A DNA stretch of 64,000 bases from positions 76,767,674 through 76,831,673 of the forward strand of contig NC_057711.1 in the NCBI RefSeq assembly GCF_004010195.1. The letters are read 5' to 3'. Each line of letters opens with the position of its first letter. The first letter of the stretch is position 1. The position numbers were made by a program, and so were the translations under genes. Below the pieces are notes generated by a model, which was not told where the DNA came from, did no database searches, and saw only the letters and a list, made by a program, of their open reading frames with translations. The DNA is from Chiloscyllium plagiosum. Lineage: Eukaryota. Of the stretch, positions 52,270 to 64,000 are shown one piece after another.

Positions 52270-54160
52270 AAAGCTGTCACCCTGAGAGCCGGAGGGTGGG
52301 TAGGCCATGCTGTGAATCTGAAGGTTGGTAGGCTGTCCTAAAAGCCGGAGGGTGGGTAGGCCACCCTGATGCCAGTCACCCCGAGAGCTAGATGGTGGGT
52401 AGGCTGTTCTGAGCACTGTCGTCCCGATAAGGGGTAATTGGGATGGGCTGTTCTAGAGGTGGTCGAAAGGTGTGCCAGGATAGCCCACTGGTCGGAGGTG
52501 CAACGGGGTGGGTGAGAGCCCAATGGTACCTAGGGGAAGACCGAGAGCCAGAAGGCGGGTAGCCGTCCTCTGTGCTGTCACCCTGGGCAGGTACCGGGGT
52601 GGGCTGCCCCAGAGGTGGTCGAAAGGTGTGTCAGGGCGGACCGAGAACTGGAAGGGGCATGGGGTGGACCGAGAACCGGAAGGTGGGTAGGGGCGGGCTG
52701 CCTTAGAGTGGTCGGGGTGGGAGGGGCGGGGGCTTGCTGGGTCTGTATTGTCTGCACTNNNNNNNNNNNNNNNNNNNNNNNNNNNNNNNNNNNNNNNNNN
52801 NNNNNNNNNNNNNNNNNNNNNNNNNNNNNNNNNNNNNNNNNNNNNNNNNNNNNNNNNNNNNNNNNNNNNNNNNNNNNNNNNNNNNNNNNNNNNNNNNNNN
52901 NNNNNNNNNNNNNNNNNNNNNNNNNNNNNNNNNNNNNNNNNNNNNNNNNNNNNNNNNNNNNNNNNNNNNNNNNNNNNNNNNNNNNNNNNNNNNNNNNNNN
53001 NNNNNNNNNNNNNNNNNNNNNNNNNNNNNNNNNNNNNNNNNNNNNNNNNNNNNNNNNNNNNNNNNNNNNNNNNNNNNNNNNNNNNNNNNNNNNNNNNNNN
53101 NNNNNNNNNNNNNNNNNNNNNNNNNNNNNNNNNNNNNNNNNNNNNNNNNNNNNNNNNNNNNNNNNNNNNNNNNNNNNNNNNNNNNNNNNNNNNNNNNNNN
53201 NNNNNNNNNNNNNNNNNNNNNNNNNNNNNNNNNNNNNNNNNNNNNNNNNNNNNNNNNNNNNNNNNNNNNNNNNNNNNNNNNNNNNNNNNNNNNNNNNNNN
53301 NNNNNNNNNNNNNNNNNNNNNNNNNNNNNNNNNNNNNNNNNNNNNNNNNNNNNNNNNNNNNNNNNNNNNNNNNNNNNNNNNNNNNNNNNNNNNNNNNNNN
53401 NNNNNNNNNNNNNNNNNNNNNNNNNNNNNNNNNNNNNNNNNNNNNNNNNNNNNNNNNNNNNNNNNNNNNNNNNNNNNNNNNNNNNNNNNNNNNNNNNNNN
53501 NNNNNNNNNNNNNNNNNNNNNNNNNNNNNNNNNNNNNNNNNNNNNNNNNNNNNNNNNNNNNNNNNNNNNNNNNNNNNNNNNNNNNNNNNNNNNNNNNNNN
53601 NNNNNNNNNNNNNNNNNNNNNNNNNNNNNNNNNNNNNNNNNNNNNNNNNNNNNNGGAGGGTGGGTAGGCCACCCTGATGCCAGTCACCCCGAGAGCTAGA
53701 TGGTGGGTAGGCTGTTCTGAGCACTGTCGTCCCGATAAGGGGTAATCGGGACGGGCTGTCCTAGAGGTGGTCGAAAGGTGTCAGAGCAGCCGAGAGCCAG
53801 AAGGCACGTAGGGGCTGGCTGAGATCCAGAAGGCTTGTGGGCTACCCTGCATGCTGTTGTCCCAGGGAAGGGGATGGGCTGTCCTAGAGGTGGCTGAAAG
53901 GTGTGCCAGGATAGCCCACTGACTGGATGGTGCATTGGGGTGGGTGAGAGCCCAATGGTATGTAGGGGCAGACCAAGAGCCAGAAGGCAGGTAGCTGTTC
54001 TCAGCACTGACCTGGGGCAGGCTGCCCTAGAGGTCGAAAGGTGTCTGGGCAGACTGAACTGGAAGGGGCATATGCTGGACCAAGAGCCAGAAGATATGTA
54101 GGGGCAGGTTGCCATAGTGGTTGGAAGGTGGGAGGGACAGGGGCTTGCCGGGTCTATATT
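52270..54160 (+). repeat. G-rich modular tandem array of stem-loops spanning a gap
   Basis: Recurring modules agaggtggtcgaaaggtgtg and gagagccRgaaggYgggtag; 53655-53780 is nearly identical to 52347-52472. Confidence 0.9.
52759..53654. other. Assembly gap
   Basis: Run of N. Confidence 1.
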
Positions 54161-54809
54161 GTAATCACTCTTTATGTAACTGGATTGTCCTTTGTGCAAC
54201 TGTCATTTTCACACTTTTGTGAAACTGGGATTTGAGGTTTGTCCTCTTCCTGTAAACTGGTTGGTTGAACAGTAGGGTTTGGGATCTGGCTTTGCTGTTC
54301 TTCCTTGTAAAATTGCTGTTGTATATAGCTGTTAACTTTAATAAAGTAAATGGCTTTGTAATTTGTTTAATAAAACTAAAAAACAGGACTGTAGAGCCCA
54401 AGTCTCTCTGGGGAAGGAACAGTGTCCACCAACACCCTCGAGATTCAGGGGAAGGTGGGCACCACAGGGAGTGGAGTGTTTTATTCCCCCTCCAACTCTA
54501 TATATTTTGATTTAATCCCTGCCCTCTCCTTCACTGATCACCAAGCATTGCCCTTTGTGAAGGCCACTGCTTGTCACTGGCCACTCAGGTGTTTCCTTTC
54601 TTCCTGGTGGTGGAAACAGATTTATTTACTGTCAGACACCTGTGCATATGTGACATGGGTGCTAGGGTAAAATAAGCACTATTGCTTTTAGGCAGTAGTA
54701 TTAGGGAAACATTAAAAAACAAAATAGAATGGCAGAAGTTCTGCTCTCTCCTGGAGCTGGCTCTGAGCTAGCTGGGTCAGTGTCATGTACTATGTACATT
54801 TAAACAAAG

Positions 54810-54980
54810 AGGAGAAAGTGAGGACTGGAGATCAGCTGAAAATGTGTTGCTGGAAAAGCGCAGCAGGTCAGGCAGCATCCAAGGAACAAGAGAATTGACA
54901 TTTTGGGCATGAGCCCTTCATGAGGCTCTCGCTCCTTGGATGCTGCCTGACCTGTGCTTTTCCAGCAACACATTTTCAGC
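54810..54980. mobile_element. Hairpin PLE derivative (family B) with TSD
   Basis: Inverted arms; TSD acaYttaaacaaag at 54796-54809 and 54981-54994. Confidence 0.88.
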
Positions 54981-55579
54981 ACACTTAAACAAAGGGTGAC
55001 TTGGTGGCAATTAGTGAAATTTGAATTTAGTAAAAATCTGGAGTAAAATGCTAGCCAAATTGCAACTAATTTGTCACTGTCAATTATAAAAACCCATTTG
55101 GTTCACTCTTATTTAGGAAAGAAAATCTGCCATTGTTACCTGGCCTGCATGTGACTCTGGCCTATAGCAATGTGGTTGGGCCTTGAGTGGCCTCTAAGCA
55201 AATAGGGATGGACAAGTCAGCAACATCCCATGAACAAAGGAAAGTTACAATGTTTCTAAAATAGAGGCTTTAATAGATCATTTAGACCAATAATTACATT
55301 GACAAACTGCATTTGCACAAAACTGTATTGAATTAAACAATCTGCCCTAAGTTGCAATATGCTGCATGGTTATTAAACTTCAAGGTGTCAGCAAATTGAT
55401 TCATTGAATGTATCAATCTGAATTATGTAGGTTATATGCAACTAAAGGTCTGATTTTGAAAGACAGTTCAGTTGCTTTATATTGAGGAGCTTATAGCTGG
55501 ACACTTGGGTAAACTAATCAGGATAATCATAAAGAAAGTGAAAGGGTAAGTATTTAACAAATTAATTGGAGTACATTGA

Positions 55580-56670
55580 AGTTCTTGTTGGAATATAGAA
55601 GAATGAGGTGACCTTATTGATACAAGATTCTTAGGGGACTTGACAGGGTAGATGCAGAAAGGTTATTTCCCCTTGTCAGTCTAGGACCAGAAAGCAAATT
55701 TCTGAATAAGGGGTCATACACTTAAGACAAATGGAGTTTCTTCTAACAGGATAGTGAATTCTTTACCACAGATTTTGGGGCTGCATTCTGAAGTACTTTC
55801 AAGGTTGAGATAGACATATGTTTAATTAGTAAGGGAATTGAGGGTTATGGGGAAAAGCTGGGACATTGGAGTTAAGAATGCTCAAATCAGCCATGAGTGT
55901 ATCAAATGGTGGCGCAGACTTGATGGGTTGAATGGCCTACTTCTGTTCTAATTTCTCATGGCCTTGAGGATAAACAGAATCCAAGTAGTGTTCTATAGGC
56001 TTAACAGAAGGCATTTGACAAGATACCAAAGTAGAACACAATGGAAGGGGATTGGCTGGCAGAAAGCAGGCAGTATTCATAAATGGGTTTATTCTAATTG
56101 TCAGAAAGAAATGGGTGAGTTCCTGCAGGGGTATATACTGAGGACTCAGCTTTTTACAAGTTCTCAATCTCTTTGAGGCATGAAGCATATCTGCTAACTT
56201 TGCAGATGGTACATAGAGGGATAAGAAATTAAATTGTGAATAAGACAAATGGAGAATGCAGATTTATATGGTCAGTGGGCAAATATTTGACTAATTTGAA
56301 TGTTTCTTACTTTGGCAGGAAGAATAGAAAAACAGGGTATTGCTAAAATGGAAAATGTTTGCAGTATTGCAATGTGCAGAGGTAGCCTGATGTACTCATG
56401 AATGAGTCACAACTTTTGAATGCAGGTGTAATAAGTTTAATGGAATGCCAATCTTTATTGAGAGGAATTGAACACCAGGTAAAGGATCTTGTTAGTTATG
56501 TAGGGGATTGGAGACCACATTTCAAACACTGTGCAATATTGGTCCCTGTATTAGATGATGCAGATACTAGAAGTTCAGAGAAGGCTTACCAGATTGATAC
56601 CTGGAATGAATGGGTTGGCTCATAGGGAAAAGTTGGACAGACTGCTTGTCTCCAATGGAGTGGAATGAAG
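55580..56670 (+). mobile_element. Decayed CR1 fragments (3' end at 55580-55960, older RT at 56000-56670)
   Basis: Similarity to the other CR1 copies in the window. Confidence 0.7.
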
Positions 56671-57697
56671 AGTCATAGTCATAGTCATAGAGGTGTACAG
56701 CACAAACAGGCACTTTCATTCAACTCGTCCATGCTGACCAGATATCCTAAATTAATCTAGCCCCACTTGCCAGCACTTGGACTATATCCCTCTAAACCAA
56801 TCCTATTCATGTACCTTCCAGATGCCTTTTAAATGTTAATTGTACCAGCCTCTACCATTTCCTCTGGCAGCTCATTCCATACACATGCCACTGTTTGCAT
56901 GACAAAGTTACCCCTTGGGTCAGTTTTAAAACTTTCCACTCTCTCCTTCCCCTCTAGTTCAGGACTCCTCCCTTCCCCCACCCCCCAGAAAAGACATGAT
57001 ATATTTACCATATCTACACCCCTCATGATTTTATAAACCTCTAAGGTCATCCTTCAGCCTCCAATGCTCCAGGGAGAATAGACTCGGCCATCCCCTGTAG
57101 GTCAAACTCTGCAAACCTGGCAACATTCTTGTAAATCTTTTCTGAGCCCTTTCAAGTTTCACAACATCCTTTCAATAGGAGACCAGAATTACACACTATT
57201 CCAAAAGTGGCCTAACTAATATCCTGTGTATCTGCAACATGACTTCCAAACTCCTATACTCCATACTCTGACCAATAAAGGAAACCATACTAAATGCCTT
57301 ATGATCCTATCTACTGGAGTCACCACTTTCAAGGAACTATGAACCTGCAGTCCAAGGGCTCTTTGTTCAGTAACACTCCCCAACACCTTACCGTTAAGCG
57401 TACAAGTCCTGCCCTGATTTGTCTCTCCAAAATGTAACACCACACATTTGTCTAAATTAAACTCCATCCAGCTCTCCTCAGCCCACTGGCCCATTTGATC
57501 AAGATCATATTGTACTCTAAGATAACCACCTTCACTGTCCACTCCACCTCCATTTTGGTGTCATCTGCAAACTTACTAATTAAACCTCCAAATGCACATC
57601 CAAATCACTTATATGAATGATGAAAAGCAGTGAACCCTGTACTGATCCTTGTGACACCACTGTTCAAGGGCCTACAGTCTGAAAAGCAACCTGTCCT
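56670..57697 (-). mobile_element. CR1 LINE 3' portion
   Basis: MEFNLDKCVVLHFG and VWNELPEE; (gtcata)n tail at 56670-56690. Confidence 0.92.
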
Positions 57698-59249
57698 CAA
57701 TAAATGAGGCATGCTGGGAAATTGAGGTAAGCAATGGCCTAAAGTGACTGTGCTCAAAGGCACTGAAATATGCAAGCTGCAAAATTCACAGGCTGCAGCT
57801 ACAGACAGCATACAATTGACTCAGCAGCTGCAGACAATACAATATACTCTTGAATTTGAATTGAATGGAATTAACCTGAATGCCATCCCCATGACAATTG
57901 CAAACACAAAGTTGTTTACCAGGTGAAGGGGGTGCCTCACACCCTTCTCTGGAAAGGGCTACCTGACCTAAATGCCCCCAATATCTCTAGGAATGGATGT
58001 CCACAGATTTCCCATCTTTCTTCCCCCCCCCCCCCTCTTCATCAACATGTCAATGTCTAATAGGTTCCAGTCGATCAGGGTGATAAAGTCCTGATCAAAG
58101 GGCATGAATACTTCTAAGTATATGATCGCTGCAACACCACCCTCAGGAGTGGTAACCCAAGACCAACCACCATGAAGGGAAGACACCCCAGGGACTGCCA
58201 GCAGAAGACCAGATGGCCATCGCCACATGGATCAAGGCCAAGACCTAGTGTGGTGGTATATGATCATCCAGAGTTCAGTTAAAGTACAAGACAATTGACT
58301 AAATTTATGTTGCAAATTGTTAATTTGTTCTGTATTTTATAATTGTGATAACATTTATTTATCATTCATTTCTATTAACAGTAGACTTGCAGTTTCTTTG
58401 CCAGATATGAGCTAAAACAGTGGCAGGCACTACATCTAAGCTGGAGGGCTCACAGGAGTGAATACCTCAAAGGTAGAAAGTAGCATTTGCAAGGCAAATA
58501 AGGAAGTGTTCCTTCACAGAGGTTCCACTATCCAACCTCTTAAATTAAATACCATTTGCAGTCAGGCTATGAAGCTTTTGGGGTCTGGAGGCCAACTGGG
58601 CCATTTTTGGGATCCATTGGTTTCCTGCCACTCACACCATTTACCCCACCTCTGCAAATGCATCCAGACATCCCCCTCACTGGGCCTCCTAATTCAGCCC
58701 AGATACCAAAACAGTTTTAGCACTCTAAAAGTGAAAGCTGCGAGTTTTTAAACTGTTTTATATCCCAGTCTTCCCTTTTGTAAAAATCTACTGTACAAAT
58801 CCTCAGCCTTCACACCATATTGTGCAGGCATATCAGGAGTGAGGACAAATTGAGTGGCCACTGGGTCTCATGGGATGAGAATGGTCCAGATCTCTTGGGT
58901 CAGTGCCATTGCAGTCACTATGCACTTTAATGTAAACACTGTCTTTATCCACTTACCATCTGACAAATCTCAGTTCAGCAGTGTTGTTGCCATACAAATG
59001 TTTGCTCCAAGGCCTATTAAATTTGGCATGCTGAAAACATCAAGCACAAGTCAACATGTCTAAGCCTAATGCTTGGTTTTCAAGGCTTCATATAAAGCAA
59101 TTACTGGTTGGTCGTTAAGGGAGACATATGTCCTGTTGCACTTCATGAGGTTTTGTTCCCCACAAGATCAAACCTGGAACCTTTCTGGGATCACATTGCC
59201 CAATAATTCTGCAGGTAGTACAGTGAATCAGTACAAATGAGTTCGGTCG

Positions 59250-59630
59250 ACATTCATTGTCCATCTCTAACTGACTTTGAGAAGGTGGTGGTCAGCTACT
59301 TAGAGCTCTGTGGTTTATTGTAGGATGGTGGTGGTAATTGGGAGGGGAATGGGGGTGACTACTAGTGTAGGTACATCCATACACCCACAGTTCTGTTAGA
59401 GTTCGAGGATTTTGATCCAATGGCAGTGAAGGAATGGAGACATATTTCCAAGTCAGGGTGGCATGTGGCTGATGAACAATTTGCAAGTGATTCTCCATCT
59501 TTCTGCTGCCTTTTACCTTTTCAATGGTAACGATTGTGGGTTTGGAGGGTGCTGTTGCAGGAACCTGGGTGAATTACTGCAGTCCATCTTGTAGATGGTA
59601 CACTGTTGCTACTGAATATCAGTGAATGTG
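59250..59630 (-). mobile_element. CR1 family-2 3' fragment
   Basis: Similar to 35490-35915. Confidence 0.7.
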
Positions 59631-60823
59631 GTGCCATGTAAAAGTTCTCAGGACTAATATTTTGCTGGAATTGGCCAGTAAAAACAGAAATGTTTTCTAA
59701 CCTGTACCATTAGATTCAGTTACAAACTATTTTCACTTTTAATGTTCTCTTTTAGATCTTGGTGATCTCTACAAATAGATGAAAACCAACTGGCAGGAAA
59801 TGACATATTGTCTACACATACCATTACTGTTTCAAAGCTTATTTACATTAGTTCATTTTAAAGTGAGATCATGTTTTAGTTCACTGGATTTTTTTATTCA
59901 TGGCTGCACACAGAAAACTGTTGAGAGCACACTGCCATTAGTACACTTCAACAGAATTTTCTGCAAATGGAAAATTGAATGTCATAATGTTCATCAGGTC
60001 TGCTATTAGATCATTGCACCAACTTGTCTCTGGAGACTGGCATATTTGTTTTTCCTTTCTAACTTAACTAATAGAAAAGATTAGCAGTAGTTTAATCACT
60101 TGGGGCCCCCTGGTTATAATTAACAACGAATGGTGAAATAAGACATTCAAGACTATATAATCCCATTGAAAACACATCATTGTACTTTTTGTAAGCTGTA
60201 AGACTAGCTCCAACAATACTAAACTCCAACACTCAAGTCAGATGTACAGCATGGAAACAGACCCTTCAATCCAACCCGTCCATGCTGACTAGATATCCCA
60301 ATCTAGTCCCACCTGCCAGCACCTGGCCCATATCCCTCCAAACCCTTCCTATTCATATACCCATCCAAATGCATTTTAAATGTTGCAGTTGTACTAGCCG
60401 CCACCACTTCCTCTGGCAGCTCATTCCAGACACTACCTGTCTCTGAAAGAGTTGCCCTGTAGGTCTCTTTTATATCTTTACCCTCTCACCCTAAACCTAT
60501 GCCATCTAATCCTGGACTCCCACACCCCAGAGAAAAGACATTTTCTATTTATCCTATCCATGCCCCTCATAATTTTGTAAACCTGTATAAGGTCACTCCC
60601 TCAGCCTCTGCTCCAGGGAAAACAGCCCCAGCCTGTTCAGCCTCTGCCTATGGCTCAAGTCCTCCAACCCTGGCAACATCCTTGTAAATCTTTTCTGAAC
60701 CCTTTCCAGTTTCGCATGTTTCCAATAGGAAGGAGATCAGAATTGCAATATTCCAACAATGGCCTAACCAATGTCCTGTACAGCTGCAACATGACCTCCC
60801 AACTCCTGTACTCAATACTCTGA

Positions 60824-61033
60824 GCTGCTGTGGTTCTGTTTGCCGAGCTGGAAGTTTTTGTTGCAAACGTTTCGTCCCCTGTCTAGGTGACATCCTCAGT
60901 GCTTGGGAGCCTCCTGTGAAGCGCTTCTGTGGTGTTTCCTCCAGCATTTATAGTGGCCTGTCCCTGCCGCTTCCGGTTGTCAGTTTCAGCTGTCCGCTGT
61001 AGTGGCTGATATATAGGGTCCAGGTCTGTTTGT
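60824..61033 (-). mobile_element. Truncated PLE (family D) inserted in CR1, 12-bp TSD
   Basis: Near-identical to 34612-34820; TSD tcaatactctga at 60812-60823 and 61034-61045. Confidence 0.95.
60862..60904 (-). ncRNA. Minimal hammerhead ribozyme motif (family D)
   Basis: Minus strand: gca-CTGAGGA-T-GTCACCT-agac-AGGGGAC-GAAAC-GTT-tgc. Confidence 0.7.
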
Positions 61034-63514
61034 TCAATACTCTGACCAATAAAGGAAAGCATACCAAATGCCTTCTTCACTATCCTATCTACCTGCGACT
61101 CCACTTTCAGGGAGCTATAAGCCTGCACTCCAAGGTCTTTGTTCAGCAACACTCCCTAGGATCTTGCCATTAAGTGTGCAGGTCCTGCTAAGATTTGATT
61201 TCCCAAAATGCAGCACCTCACATTTATCTGAATTAAACTCCATCTGCCACTTCTCAGCCCATTGGCCCATCTGGTCCAGATTCTGTTGTAATCTGAGGTA
61301 ACCCTCTTCACTGTCCACTACACCTCCAATTTTGGTGTCATCTGCAAACTTAATAACAGTACCTCTTATGCTCACATCCAAATCATTTATGTAAATGACA
61401 AAGTAGAGGACCCAGCACCAATCCTTGTGGCACTTCACTGGTCACAGGCCTCCAGTCCGAAAAGCCACCCTCTGCCTTCCACCTTGAGCCAGTTCTGTAT
61501 CCAAATGGCTAGTTCTCCCTGTATTCCATGAGATCTAATCTTGCTAATCCATCTCCCATGGGGTACCTTGTTGAATGCCTTGCTGAAGTCCATACAGATC
61601 ACATAAACTGCTCTACCCTCATCAATCAAAAAACTCTATCAAGTTTGTGAGACATGATTTCCCACGCACAAAGCCATGTTGACTATCTCTAATCAGTCCT
61701 TGCCTTTCCAAATACATGTACATCCTGTCCCTCAGGATTCCCTCCAACTTGCCCACCACGGAGGTCAGGCTATAGTTCTCTGGCTTGTCTTTACCACCCT
61801 TAAACAGTGACACCACATTTGCTGACCTCCAGTCTTCCAGCACCTCACCTGTGACTATCAATGATACAAATATCTCAGTAAGAGGCCCAGCAATCACTTC
61901 TCTAGCTTCCCACAGTTCTTGAGTACACCTGATCGGGTCCTGGGGATTTATCCACCTTTTAACCATTTCAAGACATCCAGCACTTCCTCCTCTGTAATCT
62001 GGACATTTTGCAAGATGTCACTATCTATTTCACTACAGTCTATATCTTCCATAACCTTTCCACAGTAAATACTGATGCAAAGTATTCACTTAATATCTCT
62101 CCCATTTTCTGTGGCTCCACACAAAGGCCACTTGCTGATATTTGAGGGACCCTATTCACTCCCTAGTTACTCTTTTGTCCTTAATATATTTGTAAAAACC
62201 CTTTGGATTCTCCTTAATTCTATTTGCCAAAGCTATCTCATGTCGTCTTTTTGCCCTCCTGATTTCCCTCTTAAGTATACTCCAACTTCCTTTATATTCT
62301 TCAGATTCACTCCATCTATCCTGTCTATACCTGACATATGCTTGCTTCCTTTTTCTTAACCAAACCCTCAATTTCTTTAGTCATCCAGCATTCCCTATAC
62401 CTACAAGCTGTTCCCTTTCACCCTGACAGGAATAACTTTCTCTGGATTCTTGTTATCTCATTTCTGAAGGCTTCCCATTTTCCAGCCGTCCCTTTACCTG
62501 AGAACATCTGCCTCCAATCAGCTTTCAAAAGTTCTTGCCTAATACTGTCAAAATTGGCCTTTCTCCAATTTAGAACTTCAACTTTTAGATCTGGTCTATC
62601 CTTTTCCATCACTAATTTTAAAATGAATAGAATTATGGTGGCTGGCCCCAAAGTGCTCCCCACTGACCTCAGTCACCTGCCCTACCTTATTTCCCAAGAG
62701 TTGGTCAAGTTTTGCACCTTCTCTAGTAGGTACATCCACATACTGCAACAGAAAATTGCCTTGTACACACTTAACAAATTCCTCTCCATCTAAACCTTTA
62801 ACACTATGGCAGTCCCAGTCAATGTTTGGAAAGTTAAAATCCCCTACCATAACTACTATCTAGCAGAATTTGCCCCCTCCTATAATTTGTTAATAGACAT
62901 TTTTAGAATTTGTCATGTTGGAACAAACCAAGTATGGTTTTCTGTATTTACAGCAGATGGTTGTAATACAACAGATGCTTCAAGTCAGTGTTATAAGCCA
63001 TATCACTTGGATAAAGCCATTTTTACAGCCATCTGACTTCCAACACATTACAATCTATAACTGGAAAGATTCTAATTGAATGCATTGATTAAAAAATTAT
63101 GCCCTCATTTTGCATTATGCATTCAGTTAGCTGTGTTGAATTGGACTAGTGATGTATTGACAATTGCTGACATGTAAACATGATAACATATACCAAGAGG
63201 GCTAACTTCAGAATTTTTATTGTGCAGTGAAAATCTATTGACAATAAAATATCTCCCACTTAAAGTTGGAATAAGCAAGAGACAGAGTAGGCAGTAAGTC
63301 AGTTTAGATACCATCTCTTCAGTTTTTAAAATTGGAAGTGAATCAACTTTTACCCATGTCAGTATGAACATTCCAGCTGTGGAAGTCCAAAATCTATCTG
63401 CAGTGGATGCCTTCTAGATATTGGTCCTAAGGGCCCTTTGAGATTCAGAATGAATGTTGAGCCTGCTGTCATTAAAGTCTGAGGACAAATTAGAGAATAT
63501 TATGTGGCTTGGTT

Positions 63515-63740
63515 GGCCATGTAGGAACAAAGGAGCAAGAATAGGCAATTCAACCTCTTGGGCACCACCTTCCATTCATTATGATCATAACTGAATATTT
63601 CAATGTCTTTTACCCATCCCCTCCCCAAAACTCTGTACATCACTGGTAATCAGAAACCTATCAATCTACACCTTAAACATACTCAAAATCTGAGCTTCCA
63701 CAGCACTGTGGTAGAATTTCAAAGATTCACAAACCTACAA
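63515..63740 (-). mobile_element. CR1 3' tail fragment
   Basis: Reverse-complement similarity to 22440-22670. Confidence 0.7.
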
Positions 63741-64000
63741 GGCCCCGTTTGCACAATCTCTCTTCATTGGAATAGTTCACTTTCAGGACTTCAATGTCTG
63801 AATTGCACAACATATTTTATTCTGTTCTCCTAAGCAAGCCTGTACCCAATGCCAGTGACAGATCAAAAATTAAACCTCCAGATAGCATGCATTCTCCACC
63901 AACTTCTTATCAGATCTACTTAAATGAAAGACAAGGACCAATTTAACCTCAAGAAGCTCATGTTGAGATTCAATTTGTTTCAGTTTTCAATGGAAGCTCA

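Larger units (their letters stand above)
51376..54655 (+). mobile_element. Putative long LTR / ERV-like element containing a structured repeat array
   Basis: Begins tgttac, ends gtgaca; TATAAAT at about 52122; AATAAA at about 54340 and 54369; followed by tgggtgct; no TSD found. Confidence 0.35.
60238..62850 (-). mobile_element. CR1 LINE ORF2 (endonuclease C-terminal part to 3' tail), frameshifted
   Basis: VGDFNFPNIDW, QHGFVRGKSCLTNL, KFADDTKIGG; high similarity to 8173-9790. Confidence 0.95.

Noticed and set aside
52453..53724. 300-420 aa ORFs, and those at 40744-41615
   Set aside because: Artefacts of translating through N gaps
52270..54160. CRISPR-like array
   Set aside because: Vertebrate context; units are degenerate and nested, with no unique spacers and no cas genes

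Overview
Repeat-dense vertebrate genomic DNA, almost certainly from an elasmobranch (shark), based on HE1-type SINEs and their partner CR1 LINEs. It has two assembly gaps (41209-41495, 52759-53654). No complete host gene is recognisable. One good +strand internal-exon candidate (22931-23050) suggests the window may lie in the introns of a large gene. Most ORFs in the track are decayed retroelement pieces: CR1 (two families), RTE, L2, Penelope-like elements (PLEs, GIY-YIG), plus Harbinger transposase and Myb/SANT remnants. Points of interest: (1) a G-rich modular array (about 52270-54160), inside an LTR-like element, whose stem-loops keep base-pairing despite sequence change; (2) several PLE pseudo-LTR families with minimal hammerhead ribozyme cores; (3) many short hairpin-shaped PLE derivatives with clean 9-15 bp target-site duplications (TSDs); (4) two insertions of one PLE family into the same AATACTCWGA target motif; (5) a long inverted-repeat element at 27.9-28.8 kb; (6) multi-level nested insertions. 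All calls were made by eye, without database searches, and boundaries of old repeats are approximate.
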